From an uncultured Candidatus Planktophila sp. (lineage in GTDB: Bacteria; Actinomycetota; Actinomycetes; Nanopelagicales; Nanopelagicaceae): a stretch of DNA of 49,879 nt. The translations under genes were made by a program, and so were the position numbers. Location of the stretch: the NCBI GenBank assembly GCA_964644425.1, contig CAZXVL010000002.1, positions 1-49,879 on the forward strand. Direction: 5' to 3'. Position 1 is the first letter of the stretch; every line of letters begins with the position of its first letter. Below the pieces are notes generated by a model. It searched no databases. It had not been told where the DNA came from and saw only the letters and a program-made list of their open reading frames with translations. Shown here one piece after another: positions 19,107 through 27,927 of this stretch.

Positions 19107-19601
19107 ATGGCACGCAACAACGGGCTAGATACTCCTCGTGAGACTCGTCGTTCACTTCGAGCAAATTACGATCCAGAGGCATTTGGTCGTCTCTCTGAGC
19201 GATTCGCACGATTCTTGGGCACCGCCAAGTTCCTTGTTTATATGACTATCTTTGTATTTGGCTGGGTGCTCTGGAACGTTCTAGCTCCGGTGAATCTTCG
19301 CTGGGATGAGTATCCATTTATTTTCTTGACACTTATTCTCTCTTTGCAAGCATCCTATGCAGCTCCCCTCATCTTGCTCGCACAGAATCGCCAGGCAGAC
19401 CGCGATCGCATTGCTCTTAATGAAGATCGTGCGCGCGGTGATAGAAATATTGCAGATACCGAATACCTCACACGTGAACTTGCTAGCTTGCGAATTGCAC
19501 TAGGCGAAGTTTCAACTCGCGATTACCTGCGTAGTGAACTTGAGGATTTTGCTAAAGAAATCGTTGAAGAGTTACGCAAGCCCGAGTCTGACACCAAGTA
19601 A
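19107..19601 (+). CDS. DUF1003-family membrane protein
   Basis: WDEYPFIFLTLILSLQASYAAPLILLAQNRQADRDR. Confidence 0.92.
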   Translation: MARNNGLDTPRETRRSLRANYDPEAFGRLSERFARFLGTAKFLVYMTIFVFGWVLWNVLAPVNLRWDEYPFIFLTLILSLQASYAAPLILLAQNRQADRDRIALNEDRARGDRNIADTEYLTRELASLRIALGEVSTRDYLRSELEDFAKEIVEELRKPESDTK

Positions 19602-20705
19602 AGAACCCTGGCGGATCACAAGCTTCTCGACTATCTCTGCAATTGCAATTGCGCTCTGACTTTCTGGTGCAGAGATCACAACAGGAGCACCTGCATCTCC
19701 GCCTTCACGGAGATCTGTATTGAATGGAACTTTGCCCATCAGAGGAACATCTGCACCCACCAATGTCGTTAGTCGTGCTGAAGTTTCCTCACCGCCACCG
19801 GTTCCAAATAGAGCCATCTCTTCACCACACTTAGGGCAAGAAATTGCGGACATATTTTCAATAACGCCGATTACTCGTTGATGAATTTGGTGTGCAATAC
19901 GTCCTGCGCGCTCTGCAACTTCAGCTGCTGCAACTTGTGGTGTCGTAATCACAATAATCTCAGAGGTAGGAATCAATTGACCTAGGGAAATGGCCAAATC
20001 TCCAGTTCCTGGCGGAAGATCGATAAAGAGAATATCGAGATCTCCCCAGTATGCATCAGAGAGAAGTTGCTCCAGAACTCGATGGAGAAGAGGACCACGG
20101 TATGCAATGGCATCTGCTCTATCTGGCTTAAACATCTCCATTGAAACCACTTTGACCCCGTGGGCCTCAAGTGGAATAAACATCTGATCGATTGCCGTCG
20201 GGCGCTGGCCAATAAGGCCCATCAGACGTGGGATCGAGTGACCATACACATCTGCATCGAGGATTCCGACACGAAGACCCTTCTTTGCTGCAGCTACTGC
20301 AAGGTTGGCGGTGAGTGAGGACTTACCTACTCCCCCCTTGCCTGAAGCAACTCCGATTACACGTGTGAGTGAATCTGCCTGGGCAAATGAAATAAATGCT
20401 TCACGTCCATTGCGAAGTAGCTTCTTGATGTTTGCGCGTTGTTCTTCGCTCATCACACCAAAAGTGATGATGACAGTGGAGACTCCCGGCACGGTAAGTG
20501 CTGCAGCTTCAATATCCTTGGTCAGGCGATCTTTCATCGGACAGCCTGAAATGGTCAGCAGAATTGTGAGATCAACTCGATCGCCTTTGATTGCAATCGA
20601 TTGAACCATTCCTAATTCAGTGATGGAACGGTGCAGCTCTGGATCATTGACTTTTGAGAGAGCTTCTTGAATTGCTTCTTCTTGAACTGGAGGGTTTTTG
20701 CTCAT
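19572..20705 (-). CDS. mrp: Mrp/NBP35 (ApbC) Fe-S carrier ATPase
   Basis: VNDPEL...LTISGCP (DUF59-like), SGKGGVGKS, DADVYGHS, DLPPGTGD, TTPQ, ENM, CPKC. Confidence 0.94.
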   Translation of the reverse strand: MSKNPPVQEEAIQEALSKVNDPELHRSITELGMVQSIAIKGDRVDLTILLTISGCPMKDRLTKDIEAAALTVPGVSTVIITFGVMSEEQRANIKKLLRNGREAFISFAQADSLTRVIGVASGKGGVGKSSLTANLAVAAAKKGLRVGILDADVYGHSIPRLMGLIGQRPTAIDQMFIPLEAHGVKVVSMEMFKPDRADAIAYRGPLLHRVLEQLLSDAYWGDLDILFIDLPPGTGDLAISLGQLIPTSEIIVITTPQVAAAEVAERAGRIAHQIHQRVIGVIENMSAISCPKCGEEMALFGTGGGEETSARLTTLVGADVPLMGKVPFNTDLREGGDAGAPVVISAPESQSAIAIAEIVEKLVIRQGSLLGVRLGLA

Positions 20706-21004
20706 AGGAGATCTGGATCGATTACGCTCTCTGGACGCTTCTTTTTAGGAGTTGAATCATCGAGCGCGGATTCGATCTGCTTCTTCACAAAAGTCTTTGG
20801 ATTCAGATCTGCTGGCTTAAGATCTTCAAAACCTGGACCTAGGTTGCCTTTGAGTTCATTTGTTGCAGATGTGGCTAACTTACGTAACTTCTTAACCATC
20901 TTCGCTGCATCACTAGCCAGCTTAGGAAGTCGATCTGGACCCACAAGAATCATGGCAAGAATTGCTAAGCCAAAGAGCTCTCCACCGCCAAAGTCTAGGA
21001 ACAT
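20702..21004 (-). CDS. tatB: Twin-arginine translocase subunit TatB
   Basis: FDxGGGE-like start, TM helix, GPDRLP, DLNPKTFV; follows htrA. Confidence 0.85.
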   Translation of the reverse strand: MFLDFGGGELFGLAILAMILVGPDRLPKLASDAAKMVKKLRKLATSATNELKGNLGPGFEDLKPADLNPKTFVKKQIESALDDSTPKKKRPESVIDPDLL

Positions 21005-21021
21005 ATCCGAACCTTATCGCT

Positions 21022-22149
21022 CTACTTGCCTGCTGTCAGCGTGAGCGTAACTGTGTAGCTCTTGCCATCACGGATATAGGTCAGCTTCACCTGATCTCCC
21101 ACATCATAGGAGCGAACAGCAACAATGAGCTCCTCTGCTGTTCGGATGGTGCGATCGCCGAGCTGGGTAATGACATCGCCAGGTTTGAGACCCACCTTTG
21201 AAGCCGGTCCATCCTTGAGAATTGCGTTGCTCTTGGTAGAGATCTGAGCGCCTTCTCCGGCGAAGTTCATATCCACTGACACTCCAATGATTGGATAAGT
21301 GGACTTTCCAGTCTTGATTAACTGCTCTGCAGTCTTGCGTGCTTGATTGATTGGAATCGCAAATCCAAGACCAATTGATCCAGTCTGTGAACCAAATGCG
21401 CTACCAAGAGTTGCGATTGCTGAGTTAACTCCAATGACTGCACCTGTGGCATCGACCAAAGGTCCTCCTGAATTTCCAGGATTAATTGCAGCATCAGTTT
21501 GAAGAGCATTGATAAAGGAATTCTGGGTGGGATCTTCTCCCGCTGTCACCGCACGGTCTTTCGCGCTAATGATGCCAAGTGTCACAGTGCCCGATAGTCC
21601 TAATGGTGAACCAATGGCGAGAACTGAATCGCCAACCTGCACCTTCTCGCTATCTCCAAAGACGAGGGCGACAAGATTGCGCTTTGAGATTCGCAGAACT
21701 GCCAAATCATAAGAGGCATCACGGCCAATGACAGTGGCTTTATGTGAGCTGCCATCTTGCATTCGAACGGTAATTGAACCACCGCTTGTTACTGCAGAGG
21801 CAATCACATGGTTATTTGTCAGAATGTAACCATCGGATGCAATGACAAAGCCTGATCCAGTCGAACCGCCATCAGCGCCATTTGCTTCAATTGAAACAAC
21901 AGATGGAAGTACCCGCTTTGCGATACCGGCAACAGAATCAGCTGGGCGCTCAATTGTCGAAGATGATGTTGCAATCCTTGTGGAGTAACCGAAGAGTGAG
22001 CCACTTGATGCTGCGCCAAATGCACCTGCGACAACTCCGACAATAAGTGCAACCGCAATTGCGCTTCGAAGTGAGATTGACTTTGACTTCGCGGAAGGCG
22101 CTACCCACCAAGGTTGATTGGACTGTGGATTATTTCCGTACTGACTCAT
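21022..22149 (-). CDS. htrA: HtrA-family serine protease with PDZ domain
   Basis: TM anchor, GSGFV, LTNNHV, DLAVL, QTDAAINPGNSGGPL, C-terminal PDZ. Confidence 0.95.
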   Translation of the reverse strand: MSQYGNNPQSNQPWWVAPSAKSKSISLRSAIAVALIVGVVAGAFGAASSGSLFGYSTRIATSSSTIERPADSVAGIAKRVLPSVVSIEANGADGGSTGSGFVIASDGYILTNNHVIASAVTSGGSITVRMQDGSSHKATVIGRDASYDLAVLRISKRNLVALVFGDSEKVQVGDSVLAIGSPLGLSGTVTLGIISAKDRAVTAGEDPTQNSFINALQTDAAINPGNSGGPLVDATGAVIGVNSAIATLGSAFGSQTGSIGLGFAIPINQARKTAEQLIKTGKSTYPIIGVSVDMNFAGEGAQISTKSNAILKDGPASKVGLKPGDVITQLGDRTIRTAEELIVAVRSYDVGDQVKLTYIRDGKSYTVTLTLTAGK

Positions 22150-22161
22150 CCTTGTACTTTC

Positions 22162-22788
22162 CTATAACTTTGAGGCTAACAACAACCCATCGCCTACAGG
22201 GATGAGAGTCGTTGACCAGGTTTCTACATCTGCTCTTAGCGCCTTACCTGCATCTCGAAGTGCAACTGTCTTTGGATCTCGCTGAGCAGGATCTGAGACC
22301 TTGCCACCACCAAAGTAATTATCGATCACAAAGACTCCCCCACTGCGAAGGATTCTTGATGCTTCAGAGATTGCATAGGGAAGATCTTCAGGATCGTGGC
22401 GATATACGACTAAGTCATATGCTCGATCTGTCAGCTTTGTCATTACCTCCATCACTGGATTGGTAATGAGGCGAAATCGCGCTGGTGCGATATCGGCTTC
22501 AAGAAGAGCTGTGCGTGCGATTGAACTGTGTTCCATCTCGTCATCTATTGATGTGAGCGTTCCTGATGGGAGCATTCCTGAGAGAAGCCAAAGAGAACCG
22601 ACTCCTGAACCTGTTCCTACTTCAACAACAGATTGTGCTTTCAGTATTTGAGCTAAGAATGAGAGGTATGCACCTGCGCCAGATGTGAGATCTCGTGTAC
22701 CGATTTCTACACCACGAGCTCTTGCGGCTTGCTTGACCGCATCCTCGGCAATAAAGGCCTCTGCATAGGAGTGCGGATCAATAATCAT
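22162..22788 (-). CDS. O-methyltransferase (Rv1220c-like)
   Basis: VVEVGTGSGV SAM motif, LTSID, LRSGGV, PVGDGLL. Start probably ATG 22788 (ATGA overlap with pepA stop). Confidence 0.88.
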   Translation of the reverse strand: MIIDPHSYAEAFIAEDAVKQAARARGVEIGTRDLTSGAGAYLSFLAQILKAQSVVEVGTGSGVGSLWLLSGMLPSGTLTSIDDEMEHSSIARTALLEADIAPARFRLITNPVMEVMTKLTDRAYDLVVYRHDPEDLPYAISEASRILRSGGVFVIDNYFGGGKVSDPAQRDPKTVALRDAGKALRADVETWSTTLIPVGDGLLLASKL

Positions 22789-24275
22789 GAGAGGGACAAT
22801 ATCCAATCGACGAGCAATCGGACGCCAAATCCGGTTCCGCCCTTAACATTTTCTCCAGAATCAGATTCGCTGCGCCCCGTGCCGGCTATATCGAGGTGAA
22901 CCCAACGGCGATCGCCAACAAAGTGCTCGAGGTAGAGGGCTGCAGTCACTGAACCGGCTGAATAATCAGCATGACTTGCGTTGTGATTGAGATCTGCAAT
23001 TTCGCTATCGAGGGAATCGGCATAGTCATCTACCAGTGGCATATGCCATACACGCTCACCTGAGCTCTGGCCTACCTCATAGAGTTGGCGGGCAAGGCGA
23101 GAATCACGTGTATACATCGCTGCATATTGGCGGCCTAATCCAAGAGTTGCTGCACCTGTGAGAGTTGCGATATCAACAAGATAATCAGGATCTAGATTGA
23201 TATCTGCATATGCAAGTCCATCAGCCAAAACTAAACGACCTTCGGCATCTGTATTGATAATTTCAACAGTCGTTCCACCATATTGGGTAATAACATCAGA
23301 TGGGCGCTGAGATGTACCTGAGAGGGCATTTTCTGCACACATCATGAGAACGCTCACGCGAATATTTGGTTGCAGATCTGCAATTGCAGAGATTGTTGCA
23401 AGCGCTGCAGCTGCTCCTGCCATATCGCTCTTCATCGCAACCATCATGTCGTAAGGACGCTTGAGAGAAATTCCACCAGTATCGAATGTGATTCCTTTTC
23501 CAACAATCACAACATGGGGCAGGGCAGCTGCACGCCCCTTAGCTTGTGAAAGTTTCTTAGGAACATAGGAGAGCTCGATAAATCGTGGTCCTGGGTTGGG
23601 TGAAGATCCTCCTACCGCAACAAGGCCACCGAATTGAGCAATCTCTTTTCCAGCTAAGACTTTTATGCCCAAACCCTTCGAGCCTGCAAGTTTCTTCGCT
23701 TCTTCAGCAAGCCACAAAGGGGTTTTGATATTTGAAGGAGTGTGGATGAGATCTCGCGCTGTTACTAGTGCCTGGGCAATAGAGCGGGCCTCAACAAGTG
23801 ATGCCTCTTCCTTTGTGGCAATTGAAAAAGTTGGAATCTCTGCAGCTGTTCCGCTCTTGATAGAAAATGAATAGGCACCAAGAATCATTGATATAGCGTG
23901 TGCTTTTACCTCACCTTTAGTTGAAGGTATCAAGGAAATCAGATGAGTGGCTTTGCTCTTTACCTTGCGACCAATTGCGGCGCCAGCTGCACGATACGAA
24001 GTGAGCGAGAGGTCGCCTAAGCCCACAAGGTAGATGCGATCTATCTCTGAGTCCTCATGAAGAACTGGGATTTCAAAGAGTTCGCCTGCTTTTGCTGAGG
24101 GAGAGAAGAAGCCAACTTCATCTAAGAGGTTGATTTCAAAAAACTTTTCTATCGAGGCAATGAGTGAGCTCTTGCCCTGGAATGAAATTGCGCCATCGAC
24201 ACTCTTGCTATAGCCCACTGCAAGTACATCGCCTTCAAGGATAGAGGCGAGATCGGGCTCAACGCGATGGAGAAT
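22785..24275 (-). CDS. pepA: Leucyl aminopeptidase (M17); start uncertain (GTG 24218 or ATT 24275)
   Basis: VGKGITFDTGG, MKSDMAG, NTDAEGRLVLAD, ATLTGA, WVHLDIAG; frame is open upstream of 24218 until the TAA at 24288-24290. Confidence 0.9.
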   Translation of the reverse strand: MLHRVEPDLASILEGDVLAVGYSKSVDGAISFQGKSSLIASIEKFFEINLLDEVGFFSPSAKAGELFEIPVLHEDSEIDRIYLVGLGDLSLTSYRAAGAAIGRKVKSKATHLISLIPSTKGEVKAHAISMILGAYSFSIKSGTAAEIPTFSIATKEEASLVEARSIAQALVTARDLIHTPSNIKTPLWLAEEAKKLAGSKGLGIKVLAGKEIAQFGGLVAVGGSSPNPGPRFIELSYVPKKLSQAKGRAAALPHVVIVGKGITFDTGGISLKRPYDMMVAMKSDMAGAAAALATISAIADLQPNIRVSVLMMCAENALSGTSQRPSDVITQYGGTTVEIINTDAEGRLVLADGLAYADINLDPDYLVDIATLTGAATLGLGRQYAAMYTRDSRLARQLYEVGQSSGERVWHMPLVDDYADSLDSEIADLNHNASHADYSAGSVTAALYLEHFVGDRRWVHLDIAGTGRSESDSGENVKGGTGFGVRLLVDWILSLS

Positions 24276-24287
24276 TTTCTTTAGACC

Positions 24288-24467
24288 TTACTTCTTAATA
24301 AGGGCGACGGCTGCTTCGAGCGCTGCACTGAGGTTATTAGCCTCCTGTGGGTTGAGCTCTACTACAAGGCGACCTCCGCCTTCGAGAGGAATGCGCATCA
24401 CGAGTGAGCGAGCTTCCTTGGTAACTTCCATAGGTCCATCACCAGTGCGGGGTTTCATTGCTGCCAT
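24288..24467 (-). CDS. DUF3117-family small protein (59 aa, below the ORF-track cutoff)
   Basis: Translated by hand: MAAMKPRTGDGPMEVTKEARSLVMRIPLEGGGRLVVELNPQEANNLSAALEAAVALIKK; MAAMKPRTGDGP and PLEGGGRLVVEL are the family signature. Confidence 0.93.
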   Translation of the reverse strand: MAAMKPRTGDGPMEVTKEARSLVMRIPLEGGGRLVVELNPQEANNLSAALEAAVALIKK

Positions 24468-24550
24468 GCGCTAAGTATCTCGCACTTATCCCCCCTTACG
24501 GAAATCGGGATTTTGCAAATCCACGCATGAATTGTGGGCAATGGGGCGCT

Positions 24551-24742
24551 TTATAGGCCGAGCTGGGAGGTAAGTCGCGCCTTTCCTGATTCAATCACGG
24601 TCATGACCGCCTTCTCTGGAACAGAGAGGGTGGCAGCAATCTGACTGACGCTCTTTCCTGCGAGATAGTGAAGAGACAAGATGATGCGCTCCTCTTCAGG
24701 CAGCGAGGCGATGAGTTCAGCAATCGTCCCGAGCGGCTTCAT
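24551..24742 (-). CDS. Stand-alone sigma-70 region-4 HTH protein (63 aa)
   Basis: MKPLGTIAELIASLPEEERIILSLHYLAGKSVSQIAATLSVPEKAVMTVIESGKARL fits the L..LP..ER....L.Y..G.S..EIA..L......V pattern; ATG 24742 lies 11 nt after the SRPBCC stop. Confidence 0.75.
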   Translation of the reverse strand: MKPLGTIAELIASLPEEERIILSLHYLAGKSVSQIAATLSVPEKAVMTVIESGKARLTSQLGL

Positions 24743-24753
24743 AGGGATAGAGG

Positions 24754-25200
24754 TTACTCCAGTTGGTTGCGAAAACGTGCGAGAGAAATTCTTACCCCGA
24801 TGAGAATAAATGGTTTTACGAGTAGGAAGAGGGGGCGTGGAGCGGTGATCTCTTCTGACCAATGAAAAATTGATGACTCAGAATTGACAGCCTCGACTTG
24901 AAAGGAGCCTCCGCCTTTAATGATTGCTCCATAGTGAAGAACATCGCATCGAGCTGGTGGCTGCCATAGCGTCACCTCCATAAGGTCAAGAAGACCAAGG
25001 TGTTTCATTCGGGGATAGATTTTGTTAAAAGGGCCAGTGATTGCAGCAATCTTAGTTCCGACACCTTCTGAAATATCACTGGTTACCCAGACCTTGGTCT
25101 GCAGCATCCAATTACTTTGATCCTGCCAATTTGTAATGGCTCTCCACGTTTCTTCCTGAGAGCGAGGAATTTTAATAGAGAGCGAGAGGTGATTAATCAT
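24754..25200 (-). CDS. SRPBCC (START-like) family protein
   Basis: W.AITNWQDQSNWM...GVGT...D.MEVT.WQPP.RC.V.H.G...G.G.F...W.E pattern; coupled to the LOG gene. Confidence 0.8.
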   Translation of the reverse strand: MINHLSLSIKIPRSQEETWRAITNWQDQSNWMLQTKVWVTSDISEGVGTKIAAITGPFNKIYPRMKHLGLLDLMEVTLWQPPARCDVLHYGAIIKGGGSFQVEAVNSESSIFHWSEEITAPRPLFLLVKPFILIGVRISLARFRNQLE

Positions 25201-25745
25201 TTCTGCTCGAGATGACTTTCAATAAATGCAAGCGATTCTTCGATTGTGCTAGCCCAGAGAACAAGATCACGCATGCCTTCTTTTACAAAGTGTGCATTTT
25301 CAAGCTCTACAACTAATTCATGTAACTTTGCGTAGATTCCGAATGGATCAAGTATGACAATCGGCTTCTGATGAAAGCCAAGGTAGCGTCCAACCCAAAT
25401 CTCAATCAGCTCTTCAAGGGTGCCAAGGCCGCCAGGAAGTGCGATAAAGGCATCTGCCAGTTCTTCAATCTTTCCCTTACGGGTGCGCATCGTGTCAACA
25501 ACAACTAGTTCATGGTTGTCATGATCTGCGAATTCGATATCAACAAGCTTCTGCGGAATGATTCCAATTGTCTTTCCACCTTCGCTGCGCGCACCTCGTG
25601 AGACTGCCCCCATTGATGAGATGTATCCACCGCCAGATACGAGTTCGGCACCAGAGCGAGCTATAGCAGCCCCAAGCTCGAAGGAGAGATCAATGTATTT
25701 CTGATCAATTAATGGTGAAGATGAGCAGTAAACGGCGATACGCAT
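25197..25745 (-). CDS. LOG-family nucleotide phosphoribohydrolase (TIGR00730-like)
   Basis: MRIAVYCSS, LVSGGG, MRTRK, ALPGGLGTLEE, HQKP. Start moved to ATG 25745. Confidence 0.92.
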   Translation of the reverse strand: MRIAVYCSSSPLIDQKYIDLSFELGAAIARSGAELVSGGGYISSMGAVSRGARSEGGKTIGIIPQKLVDIEFADHDNHELVVVDTMRTRKGKIEELADAFIALPGGLGTLEELIEIWVGRYLGFHQKPIVILDPFGIYAKLHELVVELENAHFVKEGMRDLVLWASTIEESLAFIESHLEQK

Positions 25746-25780
25746 GGGGCTGAGGATAGGCCTTGGGTTACTCTTGCGCC
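25746..25780. promoter_or_regulatory. Back-to-back leaderless promoters (LOG / dapD)
   Basis: Minus-strand TATCCT at 25753-25758 (7 nt to ATG) and plus-strand TACTCT at 25769-25774 (6 nt to ATG). Confidence 0.6.
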
Positions 25781-26698
25781 ATGTCAAAACTCGCACATGG
25801 TCATGGCGTTGCCACACTCTCAGGTTCAACTGTTCTCGATGTGTGGTTTCCACAACCAGCACTCGGAGCACTTGCAGGCCAACCCGATAGCTCACTTTCT
25901 GCTCTTGCGAAAGCAGATGAAGAACGCGGTGTAACCCGAGAGGTTGTTTCAATCGAAATCAACCTTGAGGAAGCGCCAAAGGATGCAATTGATGCATACC
26001 TTCGATTGCACCTACTCTCCCACCGACTTGTAAAGCCACATGGGCAGGTTCTTGACGGAATTTTTGGACTTCTCGCAAATGTTGTATGGACATCGGTTGG
26101 CCCATGCGCTGTAGATGGTTTTGAGTTAACAAGAGCACGCCTTAAAGCAAAGTACGGATCAATTGCAGTCTATGGCGTAGATAAATTCCCACGAATGGTC
26201 GACTACGTAGTTCCATCAGGTGTACGAATCGCAGATGCTGATCGAGTCCGCCTTGGTGCATATCTTTCATCAGGCACAACCGTCATGCATGAAGGCTTTA
26301 TCAACTTCAATGCCGGCACGCTAGGTGCTTCTATGGTTGAAGGGCGCATCTCTGCCGGAGTCATCGTCGGTGATGGCACTGACGTTGGTGGAGGCGCATC
26401 AATCATGGGCACTCTCTCGGGTGGCGGTAAAGAGGTAATCTCAATCGGAGAAAAGTGCCTGCTTGGCGCTAACTCAGGTCTTGGAATTTCATTGGGAGAC
26501 AACTGCGTAATTGAAGCGGGAACATATGTCACCGCTGCAGCAAAGCTCACACTTCCTGATGGAGAAGTTGTAAAAGCCGGAACGCTTTCAGGTGCAAGTA
26601 ATCTTCTCTTCCGTCGTAACTCACTTACTGGTGGGCTTGAAGCGGTAATGCGCACTGGAACTTGGGGCGGATTAAACTCCGTCCTTCATGCAAATTAA
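25781..26698 (+). CDS. dapD: Tetrahydrodipicolinate N-succinyltransferase (actinobacterial type)
   Basis: [68 protein letters not shown] end. Confidence 0.95.
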   Translation: MSKLAHGHGVATLSGSTVLDVWFPQPALGALAGQPDSSLSALAKADEERGVTREVVSIEINLEEAPKDAIDAYLRLHLLSHRLVKPHGQVLDGIFGLLANVVWTSVGPCAVDGFELTRARLKAKYGSIAVYGVDKFPRMVDYVVPSGVRIADADRVRLGAYLSSGTTVMHEGFINFNAGTLGASMVEGRISAGVIVGDGTDVGGGASIMGTLSGGGKEVISIGEKCLLGANSGLGISLGDNCVIEAGTYVTAAAKLTLPDGEVVKAGTLSGASNLLFRRNSLTGGLEAVMRTGTWGGLNSVLHAN

Positions 26699-26712
26699 GT
26701 TTCAGTAGACTC

Positions 26713-27927
26713 TTAAGCGCCTAAGTTAAACCAAGGCGAAGGAAGCTTTGCCCTACTTCTAAAGGTATCTCCGCGAATCGTCTGACTGACACCGGCACTA
26801 GATGTGCCCTTAATCCAAGTTACCGCTCCAGCGCTATTGCGCGAGAGAATCTCTAGAGTGAGGACATCAGGAAGACGAAAAGCTGCAGCAACGAGTTGTT
26901 GTGTGGAGCTGGCCTTCCAATTTGCAAAGCGCGGGTTGAGTGCGCTTTGAACACTGGCAGTATCGGGAACGGATTGTGTATACGAGGTAAAGCCTCCCCA
27001 TGCATCAGCACTTGTTTGAGTGGCCCCTCCCGAAGATGAGAAGAAGTAAGCCTGGATTGGTCTTCCTCCAGCCAAGATTGCAAGACCTGTAGAGGTATCG
27101 ACAATTGTGCGTAGTACTGCCGCTCGCCAGATTGCACCCCAACGTGGCTCTGCTTCTTTGGCATAACCAACAAAATTCTGATCAGCAATATGTGCAAAGA
27201 GATTACAGTCGCACGCTGGCTTAATGGATCCCATTTTTGATAGTGCGTAGCTGCGAGATGCAATTGTTTGTGCTTCCAACATAGCAGCAGGCCACGATGA
27301 TGAGACTTCGCTTATTCCTAAGAGGTACTCATCACGAAGTGCAAGCGAGTTGGTGATTTCGAGTGCGCCTTTAACAACCTTTATCTGCACTTGGCCGTAT
27401 CGAAAACGCTCTGTTGCAGTAGAGCTTGTCATTGTGAGAACGGGTGTTGTTCCACCACTCCATCGCAGAGTTAACGAAGAGTGATTGCCAGGAACTCCTT
27501 GAATGCTCTTCTTATCGACAGAGATTGAGAGGCCTGCCTTTTTCTTGTGAGAAAAGGATTGAAGAATAGGTGTAGTTGTATCTGTTATTGCCAAATCACC
27601 TTGGTAGAAATGAAGAGATGTTCCCGGCGAATTTGCTGCAAAGATAATTCCTTTAACCTGATGGCCAATATTGACGCGAATAGTCGCAGTATCAACAACG
27701 GGAAGAACTTCGACATCTTTGTAGTAATACTTCAAAATTGCAGTGGCGCTCTCGCCTGCAACAGCACGAGCGCGTCCGCCAATCTGGCTCATTCCGACGC
27801 CATGGCCATAGCCAGAACCTGTAAATGAGAAGCTCGCAGGGATATCGACTGCGCGTGCCGGAGATGTAAAGAGAGTAGTCAGGATGATGAGAGAGGAGAG
27901 TTTGGCAAATCTCTTGAGATTAAACAT
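26713..27927 (-). CDS. Secreted SpoIID/LytB-domain lytic transglycosylase-like protein
   Basis: Signal peptide, GSGYGHGVGMSQ, EYLLGISEVSSSWP...LEAQTIASRSY, AYFFSSSGGAT. Start 27927 or 27933. Confidence 0.85.
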   Translation of the reverse strand: MFNLKRFAKLSSLIILTTLFTSPARAVDIPASFSFTGSGYGHGVGMSQIGGRARAVAGESATAILKYYYKDVEVLPVVDTATIRVNIGHQVKGIIFAANSPGTSLHFYQGDLAITDTTTPILQSFSHKKKAGLSISVDKKSIQGVPGNHSSLTLRWSGGTTPVLTMTSSTATERFRYGQVQIKVVKGALEITNSLALRDEYLLGISEVSSSWPAAMLEAQTIASRSYALSKMGSIKPACDCNLFAHIADQNFVGYAKEAEPRWGAIWRAAVLRTIVDTSTGLAILAGGRPIQAYFFSSSGGATQTSADAWGGFTSYTQSVPDTASVQSALNPRFANWKASSTQQLVAAAFRLPDVLTLEILSRNSAGAVTWIKGTSSAGVSQTIRGDTFRSRAKLPSPWFNLGA

